Shown piece by piece: positions 1-9,217 of a stretch of DNA of 64,000 nucleotides. Both the position numbers and the translations under genes were made by a program. The notes under the pieces are model-generated. The model saw nothing but the letters and a program-made list of their open reading frames with translations, made no database searches and was not told where the DNA came from. Position 1 is the stretch's first letter. Every line of letters begins with the position of its first letter. Origin of the DNA: Deltaproteobacteria bacterium HGW-Deltaproteobacteria-6 (GTDB lineage Bacteria > Desulfobacterota > Syntrophia > Syntrophales > Smithellaceae); NCBI GenBank assembly GCA_002840435.1, contig PHAT01000005.1, positions 484,460-548,459 of the forward strand. The letters run 5' to 3'.

Positions 1-337
1 CATTATCCGCGGCACGACAAGTCGCAACCGCGTGCAGCACCTTCATGGCATAGGCATCAAGGAGCTCCACATGGTCATCAGCTGCCCTCCCACCCTGTTT
101 CCCTGTCCCTATGGCATTGACTTTTCCTCCAAAGGCGAATTGATTGCCACCAAAAAGGAAAACGAAAAAGCCATCGCCGAATTTATCGGTCTGGATTCAC
201 TGCACTACCTGACTGTGGAAGGTATGGTCAAAGCCACCGGCCTGCCTAAAGAGTGCTTCTGCCTGGCCTGCTATACCGGCGATTATCCGATTGCCCCGCC
301 GGAGAAGATTGATAAGTTCTGCATGGAATTGAAGTGA
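1..337 (+). CDS. purF: amidophosphoribosyltransferase, C-terminal fragment (5' end lies outside the window)
   Basis: The reading frame is open to the window edge. The tail ISCPPTLFPCPYGIDF...CLACYTGDYP looks like PurF C-termini (motif recognition). Confidence 0.8.
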   Translation, partial: IIRGTTSRNRVQHLHGIGIKELHMVISCPPTLFPCPYGIDFSSKGELIATKKENEKAIAEFIGLDSLHYLTVEGMVKATGLPKECFCLACYTGDYPIAPPEKIDKFCMELK

Positions 338-554
338 TTCCATTTCCACTTCAAGCGCTGCTTTTGTTGGCTTCGTCGTCAGCATCCTCAACGTATTAAT
401 AATACGCCTGCGGTGCCTCCTCCTTGCCGCCGCGGTATCATCTTGAATTGAAAATGAAATGCTTTTTATCCCATGGGCGGTTCAAATGCCCTGAAGGGCA
501 CACGAACAGAATATTTGAACAACCCCTAAAGATCTCTTTTAAAGTTCTGCCATC

Positions 555-591
555 ATAAGGGGGCAATACCTGTACGGTAATGCCCCCTTAT
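555..591. terminator. strong GC-rich hairpin between convergent purF and the hydratase gene; probable bidirectional terminator without a clear U-tract
   Basis: ATAAGGGGGCA (555-565) pairs with TGCCCCCTTAT (581-591), plus 4 further inner base pairs and a 5-nt loop. Confidence 0.5.
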
Positions 592-620
592 GACAGGATG
601 GATCAGATGTTTTATTTTTA

Positions 621-641
621 AATCATATTGTCAATATGATT
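621..641. repeat. 21-bp perfect palindrome AATCATATTG-T-CAATATGATT overlapping the stop codon of the hydratase gene
   Basis: Read directly: 10+1+10 nt, perfectly self-complementary, in an AT-rich context. Confidence 0.6.
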
Positions 642-1440
642 ATTTCCCTTTGAAATCCGCGGGCCGTCTTTCCAGGAAAGACATCATCGCTTCTTTTAAA
701 TCCTCCGACATGAGCAGGGTCGCATTCTTCTGAATAGCCAGCGCCATGCCTTCATAGACATTCACATAACGGCTGAAATTGAGGACTTCCTTGCTGTATT
801 TAATCCCCAGCGGCGCGTTGGCGGCAATCTGAGCGGCCATTTTTTGTGCGGCCGTCATGAGTCCTGCATGATCGGCATAAACATGATTGATAAGCCCCAT
901 CTTTTCCACGTCGCGCGCGGAATAGTTGGCTGCGGTGAAGGCCATCTCGCGGGCGAAGCCCTGGCCTACAATCATCGGAAGGCGTTGAAGAACGCCCATA
1001 TCCGCAACCAGACCGATATTGGCTTCTTTCAGGCAGAAGATCGCGTCTTCCGAGCACAGGCGGATATCGCAGGCGGATATCATATCGAGCCCGCCGCCGA
1101 TGCATTTGCTGTGAACGGCGGCAATCACGGGCTTGGGGCATTCTTCGATAAAATTACAGCAGTCAAACAAGGGTTGAGAATTTCTGATCGTGTCGATGAC
1201 ATTCTTAACCGTTCCGGCAGCGCCGCCGGCCGCTTCCTTTAAATCAAGTCCGGCGCAGAATATCCGCGCCTTGCTGCAGAAGATAATCGCGCGGACGTCA
1301 TCATTGGACCCCAGCTCGCGAAAGACGCCTGCGATTTCTGCTGCGAATTCGAGACTCAGCGCGTTGAGTGCATCCACGCGCGCCATGGCTACTGTGGCCA
1401 CATGATTTTCAATTTTCAGATCAATGTATTGATATGACAT
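640..1440 (-). CDS. enoyl-CoA hydratase/isomerase (crotonase family)
   Basis: 266 aa. Crotonase pattern (FCAGLDLKE ... GGGLDMISACDIR ... E). GGAGG RBS upstream of the ATG. Confidence 0.85.
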   Translation of the reverse strand: MSYQYIDLKIENHVATVAMARVDALNALSLEFAAEIAGVFRELGSNDDVRAIIFCSKARIFCAGLDLKEAAGGAAGTVKNVIDTIRNSQPLFDCCNFIEECPKPVIAAVHSKCIGGGLDMISACDIRLCSEDAIFCLKEANIGLVADMGVLQRLPMIVGQGFAREMAFTAANYSARDVEKMGLINHVYADHAGLMTAAQKMAAQIAANAPLGIKYSKEVLNFSRYVNVYEGMALAIQKNATLLMSEDLKEAMMSFLERRPADFKGK

Positions 1441-1529
1441 ATATCCTCCTTCTGGAAATTATTTCCATGATGCGGCGTTTAAATACGCCAAATGAACGGA
1501 TTTGTCTATGGACTTGCTTCTTTATGGAA

Positions 1530-2675
1530 TTACTTCTTCTTTTTCAGGTACTTTTCCAGCCGGTCCAGCCCTTCTTTGATATTTTCCAGGGACGTCGCAT
1601 AAGAGAAACGTAAAAAACCTTCTCCGCCGCTGCCGAAATCAATGCCGGGTGATACGCCTACTTTTGCTTCTTCGGTAATCCGGAAAGCCTCCTGGTAGGA
1701 ATCTTTGAAAAATCTGCGCCCGTCGGCAAAGACATAAAACGCTCCGGTCGGTTCGACGTGGATGGTAAAGCCCATGTCGGTCAGACGCGCCAGCATATAG
1801 CGGCGCCGCTCGTCGTAGGTCTTCACCATTTTGTCGACATCGTCCTTGGCCTCATGGAGTGCGGCAATCCCTGCCCACTGAATAAAGCCGTTGGCTGAAA
1901 TCATGAAATTCTGATGGATGCGCTGCATGACGGCGCTGAATTTTTTCGGAAAGATCAGGTAACCCAGACGCCAGCCGGTCATCGCGTAGAGCTTGGAAAA
2001 ACCGTTAATGACGAATGCCTTATCCGTGAATTCCAGGATGGAATGAGCCCGGTCCTGATAGACAAGCCCGTGATAGATTTCGTCGGAAATGATGTACTGC
2101 GTATCAAACTGCGCGATATCCCGCAGCTGCTCTTCCGTCATCACAATGCCGGTGGGATTGCAGGGCGAATTGATGATGATGCCTTTGGTCCGCCGTGAAA
2201 GTTTCTTCTTGATGTCCTTGTGGCGGTATTGAAATCCCTCTTCCGGGTAAGTTTGAATCTCTTTGAGAAGGCCCCCCGCCGCGCGGATAAAATTTTGATA
2301 ACAGGGGTAGCGGGGATTGGAAATAATGACTTCGTCACCATGATCTAAAATGGCCAGCATCGCAAAAAGCAGGACGGGCGACGTGCCGGTGGAGATGACA
2401 ATCTGATCGGGTGTAATCGTCACACCGTATTCTTCTAAATAATCATCACAAATGGCCTGGCGTAATTCAAGCAGCCCCAGGGCATGCGTGTAACGGGTTT
2501 TGCTGTTTTGCAGGGCAGAAATGGCAGCATCGGTGATGACCTGGGGGGTGGAAAAATCCGGCTCGCCCACTTCCATATGAATGATGTGCTCACCTTGACG
2601 TTCCAATTCTTCTGCTTTAGCCATAACGTCCATGACAATGAAGGATGTAAACTCCGAGGCCCGTTTTGAAATCAT
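1530..2675 (-). CDS. PLP-dependent aminotransferase class I/II (aspartate aminotransferase-like)
   Basis: 381 aa. Motifs NPCNPTG and FSKLYAMTGWRLGY (PLP lysine). AAGGAG RBS. Confidence 0.85.
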   Translation of the reverse strand: MISKRASEFTSFIVMDVMAKAEELERQGEHIIHMEVGEPDFSTPQVITDAAISALQNSKTRYTHALGLLELRQAICDDYLEEYGVTITPDQIVISTGTSPVLLFAMLAILDHGDEVIISNPRYPCYQNFIRAAGGLLKEIQTYPEEGFQYRHKDIKKKLSRRTKGIIINSPCNPTGIVMTEEQLRDIAQFDTQYIISDEIYHGLVYQDRAHSILEFTDKAFVINGFSKLYAMTGWRLGYLIFPKKFSAVMQRIHQNFMISANGFIQWAGIAALHEAKDDVDKMVKTYDERRRYMLARLTDMGFTIHVEPTGAFYVFADGRRFFKDSYQEAFRITEEAKVGVSPGIDFGSGGEGFLRFSYATSLENIKEGLDRLEKYLKKKK

Positions 2676-2793
2676 GAAAACTCCTTGCCGTTGCGTTATC
2701 CTTTGAAATTTAAAGGTTGTACATCTCTAGAGATATCTTTGAAAAATTTCAACCTCCTTTTTATCGTCACGCAAAGATAGTTAGACTATGTCA

Positions 2794-2822
2794 TTGACAT
2801 ACAAAACCGTTCTTCCTATAAT
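2794..2822 (+). promoter_or_regulatory. perfect sigma70-type consensus promoter TTGACA-17 nt-TATAAT upstream of the GMC/ferredoxin/AOR operon
   Basis: TTGACA at 2794-2799, a 17-nt spacer, and TATAAT at 2817-2822. Confidence 0.65.
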
Positions 2823-2841
2823 CGCCGTGAGCAAAAGCAGG

Positions 2842-2860
2842 TTCTTGTCCCGCACAAGAA
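2842..2860. promoter_or_regulatory. inverted repeat TTCTTGT-N5-ACAAGAA about 20 nt downstream of the -10 box (operator or 5'-UTR hairpin candidate)
   Basis: Left arm 2842-2848 is complementary to right arm 2854-2860. Confidence 0.4.
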
Positions 2861-2927
2861 TGTCGGCTCTTTTTAGATCGGACTTATAAACCAGTATTCA
2901 TCACAGAACAACCGGATGAGGTTTGAC

Positions 2928-4520
2928 ATGGAAGAGATCTTTGATTTTATTGTAATCGGATCGGGATTCGGCGGCAGTGTCGCCGCCTTGCGGCTGGCGG
3001 AAAAAGGCTATAGCGTTTGCGTTCTGGAAGCAGGCAAGCGCTGGCAGCCGAAGGACTTCCCCAACACCAACTGGAATGTCAGGAAATTTCTCTGGGCGCC
3101 GATCATCGGTTGCCACGGAATCCAACGCATCTGGCTGCTCAAGGATTTCATGGGGCTGGGCGGCGCGGGCGTCGGCGGCGGATCACTGGTTTATGCCATG
3201 GTTCTCATGCAGCCACTGGATCCTTTCTACCGCGATCCGCAATGGGTGGAACTTGACCCGGACTGGAAAGCGGCGTTAGCCCCGCATTACCGGATGGCCA
3301 GAAAAATGCTGGGTGTCGCCAAATTTCCCAAAATCACGGAACCGGACAAAGTCCTTGCCGAGTATGCCGCTGATATCGGACGCAGCGATCATTTCGCTCC
3401 GACGGAAGTAGGCGCTTTTTTCGGAGAGCCGGGTGTCACCGTCCCGGACCCGTATTTTGACGGAGAAGGTCCCGAAAGGACCGGTTGTGATTTTTCCGGG
3501 GCCTGTATGATCGGATGCAAAACCGGCGGCAAAAACACGCTGGACAAAAATTATCTCTATCTGGCTGAAAAGCTGGGTGCTCGCATCGTTCCTGAAACGC
3601 TGGTCACGGACATTCGACCGGACCCCCGCGGGGGCTATATCCTGAACTCCCGCAAGGCGACCTCCGTTTTTCCCACCGGCAAAAAAGCATGGCGGGCGCG
3701 TCAGGTCGTGGTCAGCGCCGGAACGCTCAACACGATATCGCTCCTTTTGCGCTCTAAGCAAAAGGGATTGCTTCCCGGATTATCGGACCGGCTCGGTTAT
3801 AAATTCCGCACCAATTCGGAAGTGCTTTGCGGCGGGCGGGCCAACTCGCTCGACGTCAAATACTGCGAAGGAACCGCGATCACCTCGATTCTTCAGGTTA
3901 ACGACGCCACGTCTATTGAAGTTACCCGCTACCCGGAAGGCTCCGATGTGATGGGAATACTGGCCCAGGTGCTGACCGACGGCGGCTCCAAGTGGGGAAG
4001 GGTCATGAAATATTTTTACCAGTGCCTGACCCATCCCACCCACTTTTTGAAAAGCTTGTGGATTTTCGGCTGGGCCAGACGGTCAATCATTCTGCTCGTC
4101 ATGCAGGTGTACGACAACAGCCTGAGAATCCGGCTGAAAAGAAATTGGCTTCTGCCCTGGCGCTGGCGTTTATCTTCCGAATCTCCGGAGGGAGGCATCC
4201 CGACATATATTCCGGAAGCCAACCACGCGGCGCGCGCGGTGGCGAAGAAGATCAACGGAATCCCGCAGGGCGCCGTCTCCGAAGTTCTGCTGAACCGGCC
4301 GCTTTCCGCTCACATGCTGGGCGGCTGCCCGATTGCCAAAGGGCCTGATCAGGGCGTGGTGGATAAGCACGGAAAGGTTTTCGGTTACGATGGCCTCTAC
4401 ATTGCGGATGGGTCCATCATGCCGGCCAATCTGGGCGTCAACCCGGCCCTGACCATCCTGGCCCTGGCGGAACATGTGATGACGGCGATACCACCAAAAG
4501 AAAAACAGGAGTTTTCATGA
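2928..4520 (+). CDS. GMC-family FAD-dependent oxidoreductase (cholesterol-oxidase/alcohol-dehydrogenase-like)
   Basis: N-terminal FAD fold DFIVIGSGFGGSVAALRLAEKG. C-terminal GMC signature HMLGGCP...GLYIADGSIMPANLGVNP. The ORF opens at 2916, but the ATG at 2928 has the better GAGG spacing. Confidence 0.8.
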   Translation: MEEIFDFIVIGSGFGGSVAALRLAEKGYSVCVLEAGKRWQPKDFPNTNWNVRKFLWAPIIGCHGIQRIWLLKDFMGLGGAGVGGGSLVYAMVLMQPLDPFYRDPQWVELDPDWKAALAPHYRMARKMLGVAKFPKITEPDKVLAEYAADIGRSDHFAPTEVGAFFGEPGVTVPDPYFDGEGPERTGCDFSGACMIGCKTGGKNTLDKNYLYLAEKLGARIVPETLVTDIRPDPRGGYILNSRKATSVFPTGKKAWRARQVVVSAGTLNTISLLLRSKQKGLLPGLSDRLGYKFRTNSEVLCGGRANSLDVKYCEGTAITSILQVNDATSIEVTRYPEGSDVMGILAQVLTDGGSKWGRVMKYFYQCLTHPTHFLKSLWIFGWARRSIILLVMQVYDNSLRIRLKRNWLLPWRWRLSSESPEGGIPTYIPEANHAARAVAKKINGIPQGAVSEVLLNRPLSAHMLGGCPIAKGPDQGVVDKHGKVFGYDGLYIADGSIMPANLGVNPALTILALAEHVMTAIPPKEKQEFS

Positions 4521-4933
4521 GTTATTCCATATCAACACTGTGTAACGGGTGCGGGGCCTGTGCTAAAATGTGCCCGGTGCAGGCCATATCGGGTGAAAAA
4601 AAAGAAATGCATCTCATCTGCGCATCGCTCTGCATTGAATGCGGCTCCTGCGGCAGGATATGCCCTGAATCGGCGGTTCTGGATGACAAGGGTAAAACGG
4701 TTGCCAGAATGAAGAAAGCGGACTGGCCGAAACCGGTGATCAACACGGACTGCTGCTCGGCCTGTGAAAACTGCGTGGCTGTCTGCCCGACGAACGCGCT
4801 CGCCATGGCCGATGAACGGCTGCCTCTGACCCGGAACCATGCGGTGCTTGCAAAGCCCGGCAAATGTGTGTCCTGCGGCTGGTGTAAAGAGAACTGCCTC
4901 TTCGACGCCATCACAATGAGAGGTGCAGCATGA
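4517..4933 (+). CDS. polyferredoxin with four Cys motifs for [4Fe-4S] clusters
   Basis: CNGCGACAKMCP, CIECGSCGRICP, CSACENCVAVCP and CVSCGWCKENC. ATGA start/stop overlaps with both neighbouring genes. Confidence 0.85.
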   Translation: MSYSISTLCNGCGACAKMCPVQAISGEKKEMHLICASLCIECGSCGRICPESAVLDDKGKTVARMKKADWPKPVINTDCCSACENCVAVCPTNALAMADERLPLTRNHAVLAKPGKCVSCGWCKENCLFDAITMRGAA

Positions 4934-6804
4934 AAGAGATCATAGGAACCAGCAACAAGTATCTGGACATTAACCTGACCGATAAGACCTGGAAGGTGCA
5001 CCAGGCCACACAGGACGATTTGAAGAACTATCTGGGCGGCAAAGGCCTGGGGCTCAAAATCATCTATGACCGCCTGAAAGATAAGCTTCGGGATCTCGAC
5101 CCTCTGGGGCCTGACAATTTGCTGGTCTTTGCCAACGGCGTACTGCTTACGACCGGGGCGCCCTGCTCGGCCCGGTTTGAAGTCATCACCAAGTCGCCGC
5201 TGACCGGCTACATGGTGGCTTCATCCTGCGGAGGCCCGTTCGGCGAAGCCTGCAAGACCGCCGGCTGGGATGGTGTGATCATTTCCGGCAAAGCGGAACG
5301 TCCCACGGTGATACGCTTCGACGACCAGGAGGTCATCTTCGAGCCCGCGGACGACCTATGGGGAGCAACGACGCATCAAACGCAGGAAAAACTTCACCTG
5401 GGTCCCAAAGAAGGAGCTGCCGTGATCGGACCGGCCGGTGAAAACAAGGTCTTCTATGCCAATATCTGTTCCGGCCACCGTTTTGCCGGACGCGGCGGTG
5501 TAGGGGCGGTCATGGGCGCGAAAAACCTCAAGGCCATCGTGGCCCGCGGGAAGGAATACCGCTGCATTCCGGTAAACCGGGAAAAGTTCGAAAGAACCCT
5601 GAAGAAAGCCAAAGCGCACATTCAGCGAAATGTATTTACCAGGGGATATAAGTTCTTTGGCACCAACATGAACACCCGTTTCGGCATTGACTCGGGTTAC
5701 TCTCCGGTGCGGAATTTCCGGGACCGTTACAGCCCCCAAACCGAGGCTATTACGGGTGAGGTGATGGCTGAAAAATATCAGACGCGGCATTCCACCTGCC
5801 GCTACTGCTCGGTGCTTTGTGGACATAAGGGCCTGTATCCCGATGGAAAAATGCGACAGATCCCGGAATACGAGACCACCGGTCTGTTTGGCAGCAATAT
5901 TGAAAATTATGATACGGACAAGATCGCCGTCTGGAACGACATCATGAACGACCTGGGGATGGATACCATCTCGGCAGGCGGTACGATGGCCTGGGCGATG
6001 GAGGCCGGTGAAAAGGGTTTACGCAAAACAGAATTATCCTTCGCCAATCATGATAACATTGCCCGCATCCTGGAAGATATCGCCTACCGCCGGGGCGAGG
6101 GGGCGGAGCTGGCGGACGGATCGAAGCGTTTAAGTGAGCAATACGGCGGCAGGGAATTTGCCATCCATACCAAAGGGCTGGAAATTGCGGCCTATGATCC
6201 CCGGGCCTGCTGGGGACACGGGCTTTCCTATGCGGTGCACAACAAAGGCGGCTGCCACCTCGGATCTTATCTGGTCAGCCTCGAAGTGCTCCTGGGTTTC
6301 ATGCCGTCACAGACAACACTCGGCAAGGCTTCCTGGGTGGTCTTTTGCGAGGATCTGTTTGCCGGCATCAACTCGCTCCAGTCCTGCCTGTTTACGGCCT
6401 TTGCCGTCATGACGGAGCCGGTCATCCCGAAATATCTTCCCAAAGCGGTCCTGAATGTCGCCACGATCATGACCCCCAGGATGTCGCAGATGATGATGAA
6501 CTGGAGCGTTTATTCCGATTTCTTTTCCGCCATTACGGGCATTCCCATGAATCAGTGGCAGTTCAAGAAAGCAGGCGAGCGCATTACCAAGCTGGAACGC
6601 TACATGAATGTGCAGATGGGGCAGCAGCCCTTCGAAGACACCCTGCCGGACCGGTTTACGAAAGAAGCTGTCACCAAATACCCCGTGGATTCCGTGGTAC
6701 CGATTGAACGGATGGTTAAAAAATATTACCGGATCAGGAAGTATGATCCGAAGACCGCCGGTCCCACCGTGGAAAATCTGAAACGCCTCGGAATTTCCGT
6801 TTGA
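4930..6804 (+). CDS. aor: aldehyde:ferredoxin oxidoreductase family (tungsten/molybdopterin AOR)
   Basis: 624 aa. AOR N-terminal domain (LDINLT...YLGGKGLG), CRYCSVLC cluster motif, and typical length. Confidence 0.85.
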   Translation: MKEIIGTSNKYLDINLTDKTWKVHQATQDDLKNYLGGKGLGLKIIYDRLKDKLRDLDPLGPDNLLVFANGVLLTTGAPCSARFEVITKSPLTGYMVASSCGGPFGEACKTAGWDGVIISGKAERPTVIRFDDQEVIFEPADDLWGATTHQTQEKLHLGPKEGAAVIGPAGENKVFYANICSGHRFAGRGGVGAVMGAKNLKAIVARGKEYRCIPVNREKFERTLKKAKAHIQRNVFTRGYKFFGTNMNTRFGIDSGYSPVRNFRDRYSPQTEAITGEVMAEKYQTRHSTCRYCSVLCGHKGLYPDGKMRQIPEYETTGLFGSNIENYDTDKIAVWNDIMNDLGMDTISAGGTMAWAMEAGEKGLRKTELSFANHDNIARILEDIAYRRGEGAELADGSKRLSEQYGGREFAIHTKGLEIAAYDPRACWGHGLSYAVHNKGGCHLGSYLVSLEVLLGFMPSQTTLGKASWVVFCEDLFAGINSLQSCLFTAFAVMTEPVIPKYLPKAVLNVATIMTPRMSQMMMNWSVYSDFFSAITGIPMNQWQFKKAGERITKLERYMNVQMGQQPFEDTLPDRFTKEAVTKYPVDSVVPIERMVKKYYRIRKYDPKTAGPTVENLKRLGISV

Positions 6805-6853
6805 ACACCGTAAAAAATCACGAAAGCATTGAATAAATGATGATGGAGAAAAA

Positions 6854-7333
6854 ATGAACTTATCACCTGAACAAATGATGGAAATTGCGCAGCATGCCTT
6901 TACGCGGATGGATGGAGCCTGGTTTCTGGCGCTGGCGAAAAAATTCGGCATTAAGACTGCCTGGGAGATGGATGTGGAAGCCTGGAAACAATTCTCTTAT
7001 GTTTTCGGTAAAAACCTCCGGAATAATTATATGGCAAATCCGGTTTGGCCGCAGAGCTTTCTCGATGCACTGGACATTTTCAGCAAAGTTTTAAAAATTG
7101 AAGGCCGGGACGTTACCGTTGACGGCGATCAAATCACGGTCCGTATTACGGATTGTGAAACACAGAAAGCCATCGCCAAGGCCGGCGTCGCCGATTGCGG
7201 GATCGTAACCGTTCAGTCGTATGAGGGAATCATCGGCGGCCTGTTTGACAGGGATGTCAATATCCATGTGGCCCATACGAAGAATTTAAATCACGGCGAT
7301 GACTGCTGCGAAGTCATTATTACCAGGAAGTAA
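6854..7333 (+). CDS. small conserved protein, possibly ATC-hydrolase/DUF6125-like fold (function unknown)
   Basis: 159 aa. MDGAWFLALAKKFG...W pattern and a C-terminal GDDCCEVII motif. GGAGA RBS. Co-directional, 50 nt after aor. Confidence 0.4.
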   Translation: MNLSPEQMMEIAQHAFTRMDGAWFLALAKKFGIKTAWEMDVEAWKQFSYVFGKNLRNNYMANPVWPQSFLDALDIFSKVLKIEGRDVTVDGDQITVRITDCETQKAIAKAGVADCGIVTVQSYEGIIGGLFDRDVNIHVAHTKNLNHGDDCCEVIITRK

Positions 7334-7402
7334 ATCAAACATAGAATCGGCAGTGGCGATCGATGCCCTGACCGGGTCATTATCACATGAAGGAGGAAAA
7401 CC

Positions 7403-8008
7403 ATGAAAAAAGGATGTATCGTTTTAGTAATGTTGATGATGGTATTGTCGCTTTCGAACATTGCCGCAGCCAAGGCCAAAACGCCCGCAGTCGCCCGTGT
7501 GGCCTTTTCCGAGATCGATGCCAATGGCGACGCGGTGGTCACCGTAGCTGAGCACGTGGCTTTCTGGCAGGGACGATTCAAGGAGATCGACACGGATAAA
7601 GACGGTAAATTGACGGCAGCGGAATTCAACGCCGCGACCAAAGATTTTTTTGGAAACATGGATACGGATAAAGACGGCGTCCTGATTGCTAAAGAATACG
7701 TAGCTTTCTGGTGCGGTCCTAAAGCCAGCCCCGATAAAGCCAAAGCGAAAGTGAAAACCAAAACCAAAACCAAGAAAATACTGGATGCTGATAAAAATGG
7801 CAAAATCAGCGACGATGAGTGCCTTGTTTTCTGGTCGGTGGAGTTATTCGATTTAGATTCGAATCATGACGGGAAAGTGACCTTGGAGGAATTTATGGCG
7901 GGCATGACCAGGAGGTTCAATGAGATTGACAAAAATAAAGATGGATTCGTGGCCATTGAAGAACATGCGCTCTTCTGGTCGGGTAAGACCGCGCCGGTCA
8001 GGAAGTAA
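7403..8008 (+). CDS. secreted protein with six canonical EF-hand Ca2+-binding loops
   Basis: Signal peptide (…SNIAAAKA). Loops DANGDAVVTVAE, DTDKDGKLTAAE, DTDKDGVLIAKE, DADKNGKISDDE, DSNHDGKVTLEE and DKNKDGFVAIEE. GAAGGAGG RBS. Confidence 0.8.
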   Translation: MKKGCIVLVMLMMVLSLSNIAAAKAKTPAVARVAFSEIDANGDAVVTVAEHVAFWQGRFKEIDTDKDGKLTAAEFNAATKDFFGNMDTDKDGVLIAKEYVAFWCGPKASPDKAKAKVKTKTKTKKILDADKNGKISDDECLVFWSVELFDLDSNHDGKVTLEEFMAGMTRRFNEIDKNKDGFVAIEEHALFWSGKTAPVRK

Positions 8009-8064
8009 ACAGGTGCTGAAAGCTGAAAATTGTTTTGAAGCACAGAATATGAGAAGCATGTTTT

Positions 8065-8098
8065 AAAAGAAGGGTGGAGTTTTCCACCCTTCTTTTTT
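8065..8098. terminator. bidirectional rho-independent terminator between convergent genes
   Basis: GAAGGGTGGA (8069-8078) pairs with TCCACCCTTC (8083-8092). It is flanked by AAAA upstream and TTTTTT downstream. Confidence 0.8.
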
Positions 8099-8110
8099 GC
8101 CGTACTTGCC

Positions 8111-9217
8111 TTATTTCCCCCGGTCCGTGACATCGACAATAATCTCTTTATCGGCAAACATCGGAATGGTTTTGATCTTATCTGCGTTGAAGTTCAGCCG
8201 CTTGAGGTCAATTTTACGCAGATTGAAATTGTCATAGGTGCGGAAATAATAAACGCGGTTGGTCAGATCACGATACGTTGACCACTGGGTGGTCTCGGAG
8301 GCGATGATCTTGCCTTCCTTATTGCGATCCGCCGCCATGCCGCGGACGATATGCAGGGAACTGACAATATGCTGGGCCAGATTCAGAGCGTTTTCGGCAT
8401 TTTCCGGCGTATCTGCGAATCTGGTGGTTACCGCCATACGGACAAAACGCGCGGGCGGTGTAATGTCGCCGGGCAGGCCGAACATGCCGGAGCCATGGCC
8501 GGTGGTTAGATAGGTCTGTCCGCCGAATGTTGCCGGTTCCCGCATGCCGTTGGTCATGCCGACATAGTTACGCAGGTTGGTCAGCATCCAGGGAAAATTG
8601 GGCGCGTTGGTCATGATGCCCAGGGGGTTGTCGTAAATATGCAGTTCTCCCTTTTCGTATTCAATGACCACGCAGTCACCTTTGGCATCATAGAGGATAA
8701 AATGGCCGGGAAGCACCGCTCCGCCCAACTCCGGATTTTTTATGCCGAATACTTTGACTTTGGCAATCGCCTCGACCGCCTCTTTTACGGTGCTGAAATT
8801 TCCTAAAACCCATGACCCGAAAACAATATTGGCGAGTTCCGGGGATTTGTCTTTTGGATTAACAACTTGCCACTGCATATCGCCGTCATACCAGAGCAGG
8901 CTGAAGGACAGGCCTGCTTCATTGATGCCGTCGCTGATGCCGTCTTCCTTGTTCAGAACGTTGCTGGCTACATAACCGTATCTGGTTTTCCACTTTAATC
9001 CGGTGATTCCATCCGGTGCCGGGCTTGCGAAATTTTTATTGCGGGGAACCACAATCATGGCATAGCCCATGTCGTGGCCGAATTCCATGGTCCGGCCGCT
9101 GATAATCGTTCCATCTTTGGCGGTTACGCGAAAAACGGAGCAGGCGTAGACGTCCATAAAGTGGGCCAAAGCAAAAAATAAAAGGAACCCCATGCTAACA
9201 ATCCGTAATTTTTTCAT
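8111..9217 (-). CDS. secreted Ntn hydrolase, choloylglycine hydrolase / linear amide C-N hydrolase family
   Basis: A signal peptide is followed directly by the nucleophile Cys (…VYA|CSVFRV). 368 aa. Confidence 0.8.
   Translation of the reverse strand: MKKLRIVSMGFLLFFALAHFMDVYACSVFRVTAKDGTIISGRTMEFGHDMGYAMIVVPRNKNFASPAPDGITGLKWKTRYGYVASNVLNKEDGISDGINEAGLSFSLLWYDGDMQWQVVNPKDKSPELANIVFGSWVLGNFSTVKEAVEAIAKVKVFGIKNPELGGAVLPGHFILYDAKGDCVVIEYEKGELHIYDNPLGIMTNAPNFPWMLTNLRNYVGMTNGMREPATFGGQTYLTTGHGSGMFGLPGDITPPARFVRMAVTTRFADTPENAENALNLAQHIVSSLHIVRGMAADRNKEGKIIASETTQWSTYRDLTNRVYYFRTYDNFNLRKIDLKRLNFNADKIKTIPMFADKEIIVDVTDRGK

Noticed and set aside
7291-7803. 170-aa minus-strand ORF overlapping the EF-hand gene, with a hydrophobic N-terminus.
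   Set aside because: It is antisense to a gene with six perfect EF-hand loops, a signal peptide and a strong RBS. The antisense translation is Ser/Ala/Leu-rich without motifs and has no RBS.
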